This document shows, piece after piece, positions 43,907-52,959 of a DNA stretch of 64,000 nt. Numbering within the stretch: position 1 is the stretch's first letter; every line of letters begins with the position of its first letter. The stretch covers positions 14,717-78,716 of the forward strand of contig JBKQQG010000101.1 of the NCBI GenBank assembly GCA_052144455.1, written 5' to 3'. The stretch is from Bryobacteraceae bacterium (GTDB lineage: Bacteria; Acidobacteriota; Terriglobia; Bryobacterales; Bryobacteraceae). Under the pieces are notes generated by a model that saw only the letters and a program-made list of their open reading frames with translations, had not been told where the DNA came from and made no database searches. A program made the position numbers and the translations under genes.

Positions 43907-44200
43907 GTGGGCGACAAGCAGACTATCCAGGTCACGATCTTCCACCAGACCTACGCGCTGCGCGCGGCCGGCGATGAGCGCGAAACCCAGGAGCTTGCCG
44001 ATAGCGTCGATCAGCTCATGGCCGCCATCGCCGCCAAGAGCCCCAGCGCCGATTCCCTGCGCGTCGCCGTGCTGGCCTGCCTGCATCTGGCGGACCGCCT
44101 CCGCACCCTGGAGAGCGAACTCGCCCGCCTCCACCAGCGGGTTGGCGAAAAGTCCGAGCGTTTCCGCTCGCTCCTCGACCGGGCCATCGAAGGGCATTGA
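43907..44200 (+). CDS. zapA: Cell division protein ZapA
   Basis: IQVTIFHQTYALRAAGDERETQELADSVDQLM..I...........RVAVLACLHLADRL is the ZapA pattern. The start is GTG. Confidence 0.7.
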   Translation: MGDKQTIQVTIFHQTYALRAAGDERETQELADSVDQLMAAIAAKSPSADSLRVAVLACLHLADRLRTLESELARLHQRVGEKSERFRSLLDRAIEGH

Positions 44201-44252
44201 GCCGCTGACGCCGACCCCTCCGCTCCCTGCGCCCCACCCCGCGGCGAGCGTC

Positions 44253-46499
44253 TCAGAACGCCCGGTCCTGCTTCTTCAAGTTGCCGAACGACCCCAGGTT
44301 GGCCACCGAAAACGACAGCCGGAATACGTTGTCGTCGCGCGTGCCGGCGTTGATGCGCTGCACCTGCACGCTGAATCCGCAGCAATCCGTGTTGTAGTTC
44401 ACCTGGGCCGTCGCGGTGCGCAAAATGCCGTACTCGAAATCGTAATTCGCGCGCACCACCCCGTTCCATCCCCGCCGGTTCTCGTTGCCGATACTGAATC
44501 GCCCGTCGAACTGGTTCGAACTCGGGCTGAGCAGCGGAACATCCCGTATGGTGTTGTGGCCCACGTAGAACGCATACTGCCCGAAGCGCGCGTCGATCCC
44601 CAGCGCGTTGTTCACGATCGTGCCCCGCAACGGATCGTAGTCCGACCGCCACTCCACGCTCCACCCCGGCCTGGGATTCATGCGCAGCACCGAGTCCACC
44701 GGCGAGGAGTGCCGGTAGCCGTCCAGAAATGCGTAGGGGGTCATATCGATCGCGCTCAGCACCACGTTGCGCTGCCCCGGCACGATAGCCCCGCCGAAGG
44801 TCGGATCGAAGAAACGGTCGTAGCTGAGCCGCCAGTTCAGGATCTCTTCCACCGAGTCGCCCCGTTTCCGGTACAGCCGGTTGGTGAGCGAGAAGTCCAC
44901 TTCGTTGGTATCCGAATACAACTCAGTGCTGTCGAACCGGACCAGCTCGCCGAAATCGTTCACTCCCGTCACGTAGCGATAGGTGGCCCGGGTCTCGATC
45001 ACATGCTTGAGCTTGCCATGGTACACACGTTCCAGCGAGGGCGCCAGCAGGTCCACATTGACCTCCCGCGCGCTGCGGATCGCGTTCTCGCCCGAGATCT
45101 GCCCGTTCTGCTCGGTCTCGTCGTAGTACGTTTCCCGGATGGCGAAGCTCGGCAGCAAGCTGAAACCCTTCCAGTGGAAAGCCGACATCACTCGCGGATA
45201 CAGGTCCAGCCGGTCCACGAACTGCCGCGTTTGAAACGTCAGTTGGGTGCGGTGCAGCAGCCCGGCGCTCGAATCCCAGCTAATCCACAACGGGAACTTG
45301 CGCCAGATGCGGTGGTCCCGGCTCGTGAAATCCACCTCGGGCAGCTTGCGAATGATCACCGTGTCCCCGGGCGCGATGCTCTGGAAGTTCTCGTTGCGCT
45401 GCAAGACCACAGCCAATCCGTAGCTCGACCAGTCCTTCTCGACGAACCCCGTCGAGTGCACCTCGGCCGAGATCACCTCGTCGTAGGATTGCGTGAAGCT
45501 CTGGCGGAACAGGAACGAACTCAAATAGTTTGCCTCCACGCGCGCATACCACCCATCACCCAGATCCGAGCGCCCCTGCACGTAGGCCATCAACCCGCCT
45601 TGCTTCTCGCGGTCGTTGATGCCATACACGATGGCGTCGAAATCCGTGCCCTGCCGCGGCTTCCCGCGCAGCTCCACGTGATGCGCGATCCCCCGCTCGC
45701 TGAAGTACTGCGCCCGGTAGAGCATGTCGTAGCTTCGGTTGATCGCCCAGTACGCCCCAAAGCCCAGAACCTTGCCAAACTGCGAGCTGTTGCCGATATT
45801 AGGCGTCAGCAGCCCGCTCCGCCGCGGAAGCCTCTTCAAGGAATGGTAGAAGTACGGGGTGTAGAACAGCGGCAACTTCCGTATCCAGAACACGCTCCGA
45901 TAGGCCAGCGCGCGATCGTCCGGGATAATGTCGAACAGCGGCCCCTTCATCACCCACCAGGGCTTCGCTCCCATGCAGTTGGTGATCCAGCCGTTGTGCA
46001 GGTAATACCGGTCCCCCACCCGCTCGGCCCACTCGCCCTCGAAATGAAAAGGATTCTGCGTCGGCAGGATTCCGCGCCGGACCACCATCTTCACCGGCGA
46101 AATGCCGCGCACATTGTAAAACTTCCCTTTCAGTTGGACCACGTTGTAGTCCGCCTTGTCGCACCACAGCTCGTCGCCGCCGTCGAAGTGCTGAAGGTAG
46201 ACATGACCTCGCGCCTCGGCATCCCCCGTGTCGTCGTTGTAGTCGATCTCGTCGGCCTTCAGCAGCAGTTCGTGGTTCTCGACGTAGGCGTCGCCCCGCA
46301 GATGGTACCAGGATCCGTCCTGCTCCTGGTCCACCGCGTCGATCATCGTCTCCCCTTCGGGAAGGTTATGGGGCGAGGCCAGGCGCGTCCGCTTCTCGGG
46401 CGCCTGCGCCGCCGCCGTGGCCGCCGTCAGCAGGCAAACCAGCGCCCCCCACCAAAAAACTTCGTGACAAATTCGCCCAATTATGTTACTAAGACTCAT
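44253..46499 (-). CDS. lptD: LPS-assembly protein LptD
   Basis: Signal peptide, an OstA-like N-terminal domain (LRGDAYVENHELLLKADEIDYNDDTGDAEARGHVYL) and a large C-terminal beta-barrel ending ...KKQDRAF. Confidence 0.7.
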   Translation of the reverse strand: MSLSNIIGRICHEVFWWGALVCLLTAATAAAQAPEKRTRLASPHNLPEGETMIDAVDQEQDGSWYHLRGDAYVENHELLLKADEIDYNDDTGDAEARGHVYLQHFDGGDELWCDKADYNVVQLKGKFYNVRGISPVKMVVRRGILPTQNPFHFEGEWAERVGDRYYLHNGWITNCMGAKPWWVMKGPLFDIIPDDRALAYRSVFWIRKLPLFYTPYFYHSLKRLPRRSGLLTPNIGNSSQFGKVLGFGAYWAINRSYDMLYRAQYFSERGIAHHVELRGKPRQGTDFDAIVYGINDREKQGGLMAYVQGRSDLGDGWYARVEANYLSSFLFRQSFTQSYDEVISAEVHSTGFVEKDWSSYGLAVVLQRNENFQSIAPGDTVIIRKLPEVDFTSRDHRIWRKFPLWISWDSSAGLLHRTQLTFQTRQFVDRLDLYPRVMSAFHWKGFSLLPSFAIRETYYDETEQNGQISGENAIRSAREVNVDLLAPSLERVYHGKLKHVIETRATYRYVTGVNDFGELVRFDSTELYSDTNEVDFSLTNRLYRKRGDSVEEILNWRLSYDRFFDPTFGGAIVPGQRNVVLSAIDMTPYAFLDGYRHSSPVDSVLRMNPRPGWSVEWRSDYDPLRGTIVNNALGIDARFGQYAFYVGHNTIRDVPLLSPSSNQFDGRFSIGNENRRGWNGVVRANYDFEYGILRTATAQVNYNTDCCGFSVQVQRINAGTRDDNVFRLSFSVANLGSFGNLKKQDRAF

Positions 46500-46601
46500 G
46501 ATGGGATTTGCGCTGCGATTTGTGTCGGCACTCCGAAACGTTCATCCTAGCACGGACTGGACCGCCGGCCCGAACTCGCCGCGCCCTGGAGCCCGCAACC
46601 T

Positions 46602-47444
46602 GTGAACTGTCCGTATTGCGGCCGGTCGAATTCGGAGCAGGATCACCGCTGTGGCCACTGCGGCCGCCGGATACAGAACTCGCCCGCCCGATCCTCGAAC
46701 CGGCGTTCCTCGGCCGTTCTCGCAATCCAACCCGTATCGGATCCGGCGATGCCCCCCGAACCGCCCCCTCCTCCGCCTTCCAACCGTCCGCCCCACCAGC
46801 CCTCGCTGTTTCCGGGCGAGCGCGCCAACGTCATCCCCTTCGACTCCTACTCGAACGGCGTGGCCGCCCGCGAGCATCTGAACCGCGCCCGCCGCCAGTC
46901 GCAGGCCGCGGCAGCTTCCACCGCAGCCTCGGCCGCCGCCCGCGCCGGCCAGCAGGATCTGGACTTCCGTCCTCGCCCCCAGCGGCCTCTCACCGTCTAC
47001 GAGGAGGCCCCCGTCGCCTCCACCCGCGTGCGCGTGAAGGCGGCGCTGCTGGATGCCCTGCTGTGCCTCCTGGGGGCTGCTATCGCGGCCCTGGTGTCTC
47101 GTCTCCTTTGCGGCGCCTTCCAGATCACCCACCGGACCAGTTTCTTCTTCGCCGGCGCCTTCGCCGCCATGCTCATCGCCTATCACCTGTTCTGTTGCCT
47201 CCTCGGCCGCGAGACCGTGGGCAGGTCCTGCCTGCATCTCCAGCTCCTCACCTTCGACGGTTCCCCGCCCGATTGGCGCCTTCGCCTGTTCCGGTTCTCC
47301 GCCGCCGGCCTCGCTCTCGGCGCCGTGGGTCTCGGCTTGATCTGGGCGCTGATGGACGAGGAGGGGCTGACCTGGCACGACCACATGTCCAAGACCTTCC
47401 CCACCGTCCAGGATCCCCACCCGGGCTCCTTCCGCAGAAAATAG
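46602..47444 (+). CDS. RDD-family membrane protein with an N-terminal zinc ribbon
   Basis: MNCPYCGRSNSEQDHRCGHCGRR, a Pro-rich linker and an RDD-type TM domain (RVKAALLDALLCLLG....LTWHDHMSKT). Confidence 0.65.
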   Translation: MNCPYCGRSNSEQDHRCGHCGRRIQNSPARSSNRRSSAVLAIQPVSDPAMPPEPPPPPPSNRPPHQPSLFPGERANVIPFDSYSNGVAAREHLNRARRQSQAAAASTAASAAARAGQQDLDFRPRPQRPLTVYEEAPVASTRVRVKAALLDALLCLLGAAIAALVSRLLCGAFQITHRTSFFFAGAFAAMLIAYHLFCCLLGRETVGRSCLHLQLLTFDGSPPDWRLRLFRFSAAGLALGAVGLGLIWALMDEEGLTWHDHMSKTFPTVQDPHPGSFRRK

Positions 47445-47497
47445 CCGGCCGCCGCCTCGCGCCCCGCCGATGTGCTCCAATGGAATCAGTCTGCTCT

Positions 47498-48892
47498 ATG
47501 AATATCCAATTCGACGACCTCAACCTTCGTGCCGGAATGGTGGGGGAAGCTCATGGGCTTACCCCTGCCGAGATCCGGCAGCATTCCCCGCGAGCCCTGG
47601 AGGCCCTCCGCGGCTTCCAGAAGATCAGTGAGGCTGGCGGCCAGGGCTTCCCGCATCTTCCGTTTCAGGCCCAATCCGCCCGGGAAATCCTCCGTTTCGC
47701 CAAGCAGGTCCGCGGTTCCTTCGACACGCTTTGCCTGGTGGGCATCGGCGGCAGCGCCTTGGGCGCCTGGGCTCTCGACTGCGGCCTGCGGGGTCCGCAC
47801 CCGGTCCAGCCGGCCTTCTCTCCCCGCCATCCCAGGCTGGTCGTCCTGGACAACGTCGACCCGGCCTTCACCGCCGCGGCCCTGGATTCGATGAATCCCA
47901 AGAAGACCTTCACGGTCGTCATCGCCAAGTCCGGCTCCACCGCCGAGACCGTGGCTTCCTTCCTGATCGTCCGCGACTGGATGACCGCCAAACTCGGCCG
48001 CAAAGCGCGCCACCGCATCGCCGCCGTGACCACCGCCGGCTCGGGCGACCTCCACGCGCTCGCCCAGGCCGAGGGATACCCCGAGTTTGCAATTCCCAAG
48101 AACGTCGGCGGCCGTTTCAGCGTGCTGAGCCCGGTCGGCATGCTTCCCGCCGCGCTCATCGGTCTCGACATCCGGGGCATCCTCAAGGGCGCCGCCGCCG
48201 CCACGCACGATTCCTGGCGGCCCGATCTCGACAAGAATCTGGCCTTGCGCGGCGCGCTGTTCCACTACCTCGTCTCGACCCTCAAGAACAAGTCCATCCA
48301 GGTCGCGTTTCCCTACTCCAACCACCTCTGGGGCACGGCTTTCTGGTTTCGGCAGCTCTGGGCGGAATCCCTCGGCAAGGCCAAGTCCAGGCAGGGCGCG
48401 GAGATCCATGTGGGTCAGACGCCCGTGGCAGCCTTGGGCGCCACCGACCAACACTCCCAGGTTCAGCTCTACGTCGAAGGTCCCAACGACAAGGTGTTCA
48501 CCTTCTGGGCGGTCGAAAAACCCGCCAGCTCCGGCAAGATCCCCAAGGCCGGCCTGAACCTGGAGGCCTTCGACTACCTGGGCGGCCAGACTCTGGCCAA
48601 GCTCATCGATGTCGAGCGCCGCTCCACCGCAGCCGCGCTCACCGAGACCGGCCGGCCCAACTGCACCTTCACCCTCCGCAAACTGGACCCCGAGCACCTG
48701 GGCGCTTTCTTGCAACTCCTGGAATTCCAGACCGCCTTCATGGGCGAGTTGCTCGATATCAACGCCTTCGACCAGGCCGGCGTCGAACTCGGCAAGCACT
48801 TCACCTACGGCCTCATGGGTCGCCAGGGTTTCGACGCTTACCGCGAGCGATTTCAGAACTACGAGAACCGCCGCAAGTCGGCGGCAGGGTAG
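47498..48892 (+). CDS. pgi: Glucose-6-phosphate isomerase
   Basis: LVGIGGSALGA, VIAKSGSTAET, GGRFSVLSPVG, and Q.S..QLY.EG and E..GK patterns. The start is 47498 (or 47480). The upstream part of ORF 46508.. overlaps the RDD gene and is rejected. Confidence 0.85.
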   Translation: MNIQFDDLNLRAGMVGEAHGLTPAEIRQHSPRALEALRGFQKISEAGGQGFPHLPFQAQSAREILRFAKQVRGSFDTLCLVGIGGSALGAWALDCGLRGPHPVQPAFSPRHPRLVVLDNVDPAFTAAALDSMNPKKTFTVVIAKSGSTAETVASFLIVRDWMTAKLGRKARHRIAAVTTAGSGDLHALAQAEGYPEFAIPKNVGGRFSVLSPVGMLPAALIGLDIRGILKGAAAATHDSWRPDLDKNLALRGALFHYLVSTLKNKSIQVAFPYSNHLWGTAFWFRQLWAESLGKAKSRQGAEIHVGQTPVAALGATDQHSQVQLYVEGPNDKVFTFWAVEKPASSGKIPKAGLNLEAFDYLGGQTLAKLIDVERRSTAAALTETGRPNCTFTLRKLDPEHLGAFLQLLEFQTAFMGELLDINAFDQAGVELGKHFTYGLMGRQGFDAYRERFQNYENRRKSAAG

Positions 48893-48948
48893 GTCGCAGC
48901 GCGCTCCCCAGGCGCAACTTCCCCCTGCGTCTTTTCGCTCAGCCGGCC

Positions 48949-48982
48949 GGGAGGAGAGGTTCAGATCTCCAGCTCCCTTTTT
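48949..48982 (+). terminator. Candidate intrinsic terminator after pgi (GGGAGGAGAGGTTCAGATCTCCAGCTCCC + TTTTT)
   Basis: Imperfect hairpin (GGGAG/CTCCC outer, GAGA/TCTC inner) followed by T5, 57 nt after the pgi stop. Confidence 0.45.
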
Positions 48983-49114
48983 CTGCCTGAATCGATGCAT
49001 TCGCGCCGGTTGCCGTCAGCCCGGTTTGCCGCATCTCCTGGGGCGGTAGCGCAATTTCACCCAGTTGCACTCGGATATTACCAGCTAAGCCGTTTGTTAT
49101 TAACAGATTGAGTT

Positions 49115-49130
49115 TGGCAACCCGTATGCA
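49115..49130 (+). promoter_or_regulatory. Candidate sigma54 (-24/-12) promoter TGGCAACCCGTATGCA upstream of the hydrogenase operon
   Basis: GG and GC are at the canonical spacing (TGGCA-N8-TGCA). It lies in the lowest-GC stretch of a 319-bp intergenic region, about 80 nt upstream of the first hydrogenase gene. Confidence 0.4.
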
Positions 49131-49211
49131 CCCGAATACTCCGGAACCAAGTTAGCTGAAGGTGTGCCAAACCCCCCTTTCCGCGCCGCCTGGCTCCAGA
49201 GATAACTAGCG

Positions 49212-50351
49212 ATGGACACAACGCTGCCTCCCGTCGGCTCCCAGTCCGTGATTGATTTCGCGGCCCTGTCCGCCCTGATCTCCGCGCTCCGGCGGCGGGA
49301 CTACCAAGTGATTGGCCCCACCGTGCGCGACGGAGCGATTACCTGCGATGTGATCGAGAAGGCCGGGGACCTCCCGGCCGGCTGGGGCGATGAGCAGGAG
49401 TCCGGCCACTATCGCCTGAAGAAGCGCGAGGACTCCGCCGTGTTTGGCTACACCGTGGGGCCGCAGGGCTGGAAACGCTACCTGCACCCGCCCGAGCTGC
49501 CCATTTTCGAGGGGCGCCGCGACGGGGAGGCGTTCACCATCCTGCGCAATGCGCCCCGCCCTCCGCAGTACGCCTTCCTCGGGGTGCGCGCCTGCGAGCT
49601 GGCGGCCATTGGCATCCAGGATCGCGTCCTGCTCGGCGACCGTTACCGCGACCCCGCCTACCACGCCCGCCGCGAGGGCGCCTTCATCGTGGCCGTGAAC
49701 TGCACCCAGGCGGGGGGAACCTGTTTCTGCGCCTCCATGCGCACCGGCCCGCGCGTTCAGGCCGGCTTCGACCTGGCTCTCACCGAGATGCTCGGCCCCG
49801 AAGGGCAAAGCTTCGTGGTCGAGGTGGGCACCAAGCTGGGTGCGGCGGTTCTGGGGGAAGTCGAGCGCCGCAAAGCCCGGAAGGAGGAGTTGAAGGCCGC
49901 CCAGTCGGCCGTCGAGAGCGCCGCCTCCCAGATGGGCCGGTCGCTCGATACCGAGGGCGTCCGCGACCTGCTCTTCGACAATTTCGACCACCCCCGCTGG
50001 GACAAAGTGGCCGCCCGCTGCCTGAGCTGCGCCAATTGCACCCTGGTCTGCCCCACCTGCTTCTGCACCACCATCGAGGATATTACCGACATCACCGGCG
50101 ACCACGCCGAGCGCGAACGCAAGTGGGATTCCTGCTTCACCGACGGTTTCTCGTATATCCACGGCGGCAGCGTCCGGCTTTCCGTGAAGTCGCGCTACCG
50201 CCAGTGGCTCACTCACAAGTTCGCCGCCTGGGTCGATCAATTCGGAACCTCCGGCTGCGTAGGCTGCGGGCGCTGCATCGCCTGGTGCCCGGCCAGAATC
50301 GACGTCACCGAGGAAATCAAGGCCATTCGGGGAGCGCCCAGCCCCGCATAG
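49212..50351 (+). CDS. [NiFe]-hydrogenase group 3b-type beta subunit (AsrA-like 4Fe-4S protein)
   Basis: RACELAAI, VNCTQAGGTCFCASM, CLSCANCTLVCPTCFC and CVGCGRCIAWCP cluster motifs, as in AsrA/HydB. It is the first gene of the operon. Confidence 0.75.
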   Translation: MDTTLPPVGSQSVIDFAALSALISALRRRDYQVIGPTVRDGAITCDVIEKAGDLPAGWGDEQESGHYRLKKREDSAVFGYTVGPQGWKRYLHPPELPIFEGRRDGEAFTILRNAPRPPQYAFLGVRACELAAIGIQDRVLLGDRYRDPAYHARREGAFIVAVNCTQAGGTCFCASMRTGPRVQAGFDLALTEMLGPEGQSFVVEVGTKLGAAVLGEVERRKARKEELKAAQSAVESAASQMGRSLDTEGVRDLLFDNFDHPRWDKVAARCLSCANCTLVCPTCFCTTIEDITDITGDHAERERKWDSCFTDGFSYIHGGSVRLSVKSRYRQWLTHKFAAWVDQFGTSGCVGCGRCIAWCPARIDVTEEIKAIRGAPSPA

Positions 50352-50371
50352 CCGGCAAGGAGAACCACCCC

Positions 50372-50848
50372 ATGGAAACCAAAACGCTGATCGACATTCT
50401 TCGGGACCATCCGTTCATGGAGGGTCTGAAGCCGAACCACATCCAGAAACTGGCCGAGGTGGCCCTGGAGGTGCAGATATCGCGCGACCAGGTCGTCTTC
50501 CGGGAAGGAGACGAGAGCAGCCTGTTCTATCTCCTGGTCTCCGGCAAGGTGGCGCTGGAAGTCTCCGCTCCCGGCCGGATCGTCCGCATACAGACCCTGG
50601 GCGAGGGCGACGAGATGGGCTGGTCCTCGCTGCTGGGCCAGGGCGGTAAGACTTTCCAGGCGCGCGCGCTCGAGCCGGTCCGCGCCATCGCCTTCGACGG
50701 CCCACGCCTGCGCCAGGTCTGGGAGCAGGACCCCGCCTTCGGCTATCAATTCCTGATGCGCATTCTCAAGGTGGTCGCGCAACGCCTGCAAGCCACGCGC
50801 CTGCAACTGATCGACCTGTACGCGCCACGGGGGGTCAAACTCGTATGA
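50372..50848 (+). CDS. Stand-alone cyclic-nucleotide-binding (CNB/CAP effector) domain protein, no output domain
   Basis: SD AAGGAGA lies upstream. F..L....I..LA.......I.RDQVVFREGDESSLFYLLVSGKVALEV.....R.V.IQTLGEGDEMGWSSL is the CNB beta-roll pattern. 158 aa with no HTH. Confidence 0.75.
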   Translation: METKTLIDILRDHPFMEGLKPNHIQKLAEVALEVQISRDQVVFREGDESSLFYLLVSGKVALEVSAPGRIVRIQTLGEGDEMGWSSLLGQGGKTFQARALEPVRAIAFDGPRLRQVWEQDPAFGYQFLMRILKVVAQRLQATRLQLIDLYAPRGVKLV

Positions 50849-51699
50849 GTGTGGTTGCCGCCGTCGCCGCTCCCGCGCTGCCGCCCAATCTGGTTCCCAT
50901 GCGCGTCTCCAGCCTCGTCAAGGAGACGCACGACACCTTCACCCTGACTCTCGAATCCCCGCCCGACGAGGGCCTCGGCCGCTTCTCTCCCGGCCAATTC
51001 ACCATGCTGTACGTGTTTGGAGTCGGAGAGCTGCCTATTTCCATCTCCGGCGATCCCGACGAGAGCAGCCGCCTGGTTTACACCGTGCGCTCGGTCGGCA
51101 AGGCCACCAACGCGCTGGTGAACTGCCAGCCCGGCCAGTGGGTGGGAGTGCGCGGCCCTTTCGGCACCTCCTGGCCGCTCGAGCAGGCCCGCGGCAACGA
51201 TGTGTTGATCGTCGCCGGCGGCATCGGCCTGGCGCCGCTGCGCCCCGCCATCCATCACATGCTGCGCCATCGCGACGATTACGTCCGCCTGATGCTCCTC
51301 TACGGCGCCCGCAGTCCCAAGGATTTGCTCTATCGCAAGCAGCTCAACGAGTGGGGCCGCTTGCCCGATACCCAGGTCCTGTCCACGGTCGACTATGGCG
51401 GGGTGAACTGGCGTGGATATGTAGGCGTCGTCACCACGCTGTTCCGCTACGTCCGTCTGCACCCCGGCCGGACCACCGCCATGATCTGCGGACCCGAGAT
51501 CATGATGCGCTACGTCATCCGGGAACTGGAGAAGCGCGGCCTGCCCGAGTCCGACATCTACCTCTCCATGGAACGCAACATGAAATGCGCGGTGGGCTTT
51601 TGCGGCCACTGCCAGCTCGGCCCCTATTTCGTTTGCAAGGACGGCCCCATCTTCCCCTACACCCAGATGCGGCCCTGGCTGGAGAAGCATGAGCTCTGA
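50845..51699 (+). CDS. Hydrogenase gamma subunit (AsrB-like FAD/NAD(P)-binding oxidoreductase with a C-terminal 2Fe-2S site)
   Basis: FNR-like fold (PGQFTMLYVFGVGELPISISG; VLIVAGGIGLAPLRP; MICGPEIMM) and C-terminal CAVGFCGHCQLG. The ATG overlaps the upstream stop. Confidence 0.8.
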   Translation: MSVVAAVAAPALPPNLVPMRVSSLVKETHDTFTLTLESPPDEGLGRFSPGQFTMLYVFGVGELPISISGDPDESSRLVYTVRSVGKATNALVNCQPGQWVGVRGPFGTSWPLEQARGNDVLIVAGGIGLAPLRPAIHHMLRHRDDYVRLMLLYGARSPKDLLYRKQLNEWGRLPDTQVLSTVDYGGVNWRGYVGVVTTLFRYVRLHPGRTTAMICGPEIMMRYVIRELEKRGLPESDIYLSMERNMKCAVGFCGHCQLGPYFVCKDGPIFPYTQMRPWLEKHEL

Positions 51700-52477
51700 C
51701 AAGAAAACCAAACCCCGGGTGGCCGTGTTCAAGTTCGCATCCTGCGACGGCTGCCAGTTGAGCCTGTTGGATGCCGAGGACGAACTGCTCGCAGTCGCCG
51801 GAGCCATTGAGATCGCCTTCTTTCCGGAGGCTTCCCGGACCATGCTCAAGGGCCCCTACGACATCGGGCTGGTGGAAGGCTCCATCACCACGCACCACGA
51901 TGCCGAGCGCATCCAGCAGGTCCGCCGCCAGTGTACGGTGCTGGTGACCATTGGCGCATGCGCCACCGCCGGCGGCGTCCAGGCGCTCCGCAATTGGGCC
52001 GACAGCCAGGAGTACGTCCGCACCGTCTATTCCCAGCCCGATTTTATCCAGACCCTCAAGATGTCCACCCCCATTGCGGAACATGTGCCGGTGGATTTCG
52101 AGCTGCGCGGCTGCCCCATCAACAAAAAGCACCTCATCGAGCTGATCGCGGCCATGCTCATTGGCCGCAAGCCCAACATCCCCACTCACAGCCTGTGCAT
52201 GAAGTGCAAGCGCAGCGGCAACGTCTGCATCGCCATCGCCCGCGGCGTCCCCTGCCTGGGTCCGGTGACCCAGAGCGGCTGCGGCGCCCTCTGTCCGCGC
52301 TTCGGACGCGGCTGTTATGGTTGTTATGGCCCCATGGAGAGCGCCAATACCGCCGCCATGACCACGCAGTTGCGCCTGCTGGGGCAAAGCGACGAGGAAA
52401 TCGCCCGCGCCTTCCGCAGTTTCAACGCCTGGAGCTGGCAATTCCGCCAGGCCAGCGAGGAGGCCGAACGAGCCTGA
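51689..52477 (+). CDS. [NiFe]-hydrogenase small (delta) subunit, group 3 type
   Basis: KFASCDGCQLSLLD, GACATAGGV, GCPI and a C-terminal Cys-rich cluster region (CMKCKRSGNVCIA...CLGPVTQSGCGALCP..GRGCYGCYGP). Confidence 0.85.
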   Translation: MSSDKKTKPRVAVFKFASCDGCQLSLLDAEDELLAVAGAIEIAFFPEASRTMLKGPYDIGLVEGSITTHHDAERIQQVRRQCTVLVTIGACATAGGVQALRNWADSQEYVRTVYSQPDFIQTLKMSTPIAEHVPVDFELRGCPINKKHLIELIAAMLIGRKPNIPTHSLCMKCKRSGNVCIAIARGVPCLGPVTQSGCGALCPRFGRGCYGCYGPMESANTAAMTTQLRLLGQSDEEIARAFRSFNAWSWQFRQASEEAERA

Positions 52478-52959
52478 TGGCGCCGCTGCTCATCATCGGC
52501 TGCGGCAATCCGCTGCGCGGCGACGACGCCGTTGCCTGGCGCGCCGCGGAGCGCCTGGCCGAGTCCCTGTGCGATACCGGCGCCCTGGTTCGCATCGGTC
52601 ATCAACTGACCCCCGAATTGGCCGAGGCTATTAGTCAGGCCCGGCAGGTGATCTTTCTCGACGCGGATTGCGGCCGCCGTCCGGGGGAAGTCGCCTTGCG
52701 CGCCCTCGAGCCCGCCAGTTCCCTCGCCGAGCTGTTCACCCATCAATTGACCCCGGAGCGCCTGCTGGCCCTGGCCAAGCGCCTGTACGGCAGGTGCCCC
52801 GAAGCGGTTCTGATCTCGGTAGGGGCCGGCTCGTTCGAGTTCGGCGCGGCGCTCTCGCCGCAGGTGGAAGCGGCCCTGCCCGCGCTTTTGGAGAAGATTT
52901 ATACGGAAGGAACCTGCAATGAAAAAACTGAAGAATGCCGGCGGAGATTCCGCCCATGA
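52477..52959 (+). CDS. Hydrogenase maturation endopeptidase, copy 1
   Basis: [18 protein letters not shown]...HQLTPE...VIFLDAD matches the HyaD/HoxW/HycI protease pattern. The ATG overlaps the small-subunit stop. Confidence 0.75.
   Translation: MAPLLIIGCGNPLRGDDAVAWRAAERLAESLCDTGALVRIGHQLTPELAEAISQARQVIFLDADCGRRPGEVALRALEPASSLAELFTHQLTPERLLALAKRLYGRCPEAVLISVGAGSFEFGAALSPQVEAALPALLEKIYTEGTCNEKTEECRRRFRP

Noticed and set aside
43974-46550. 858-aa + strand ORF antisense to lptD
   Set aside because: The composition is biased and motif-free (runs of R/P/H/V). The opposite strand encodes a convincing LptD with a signal peptide and an aromatic C-terminus.
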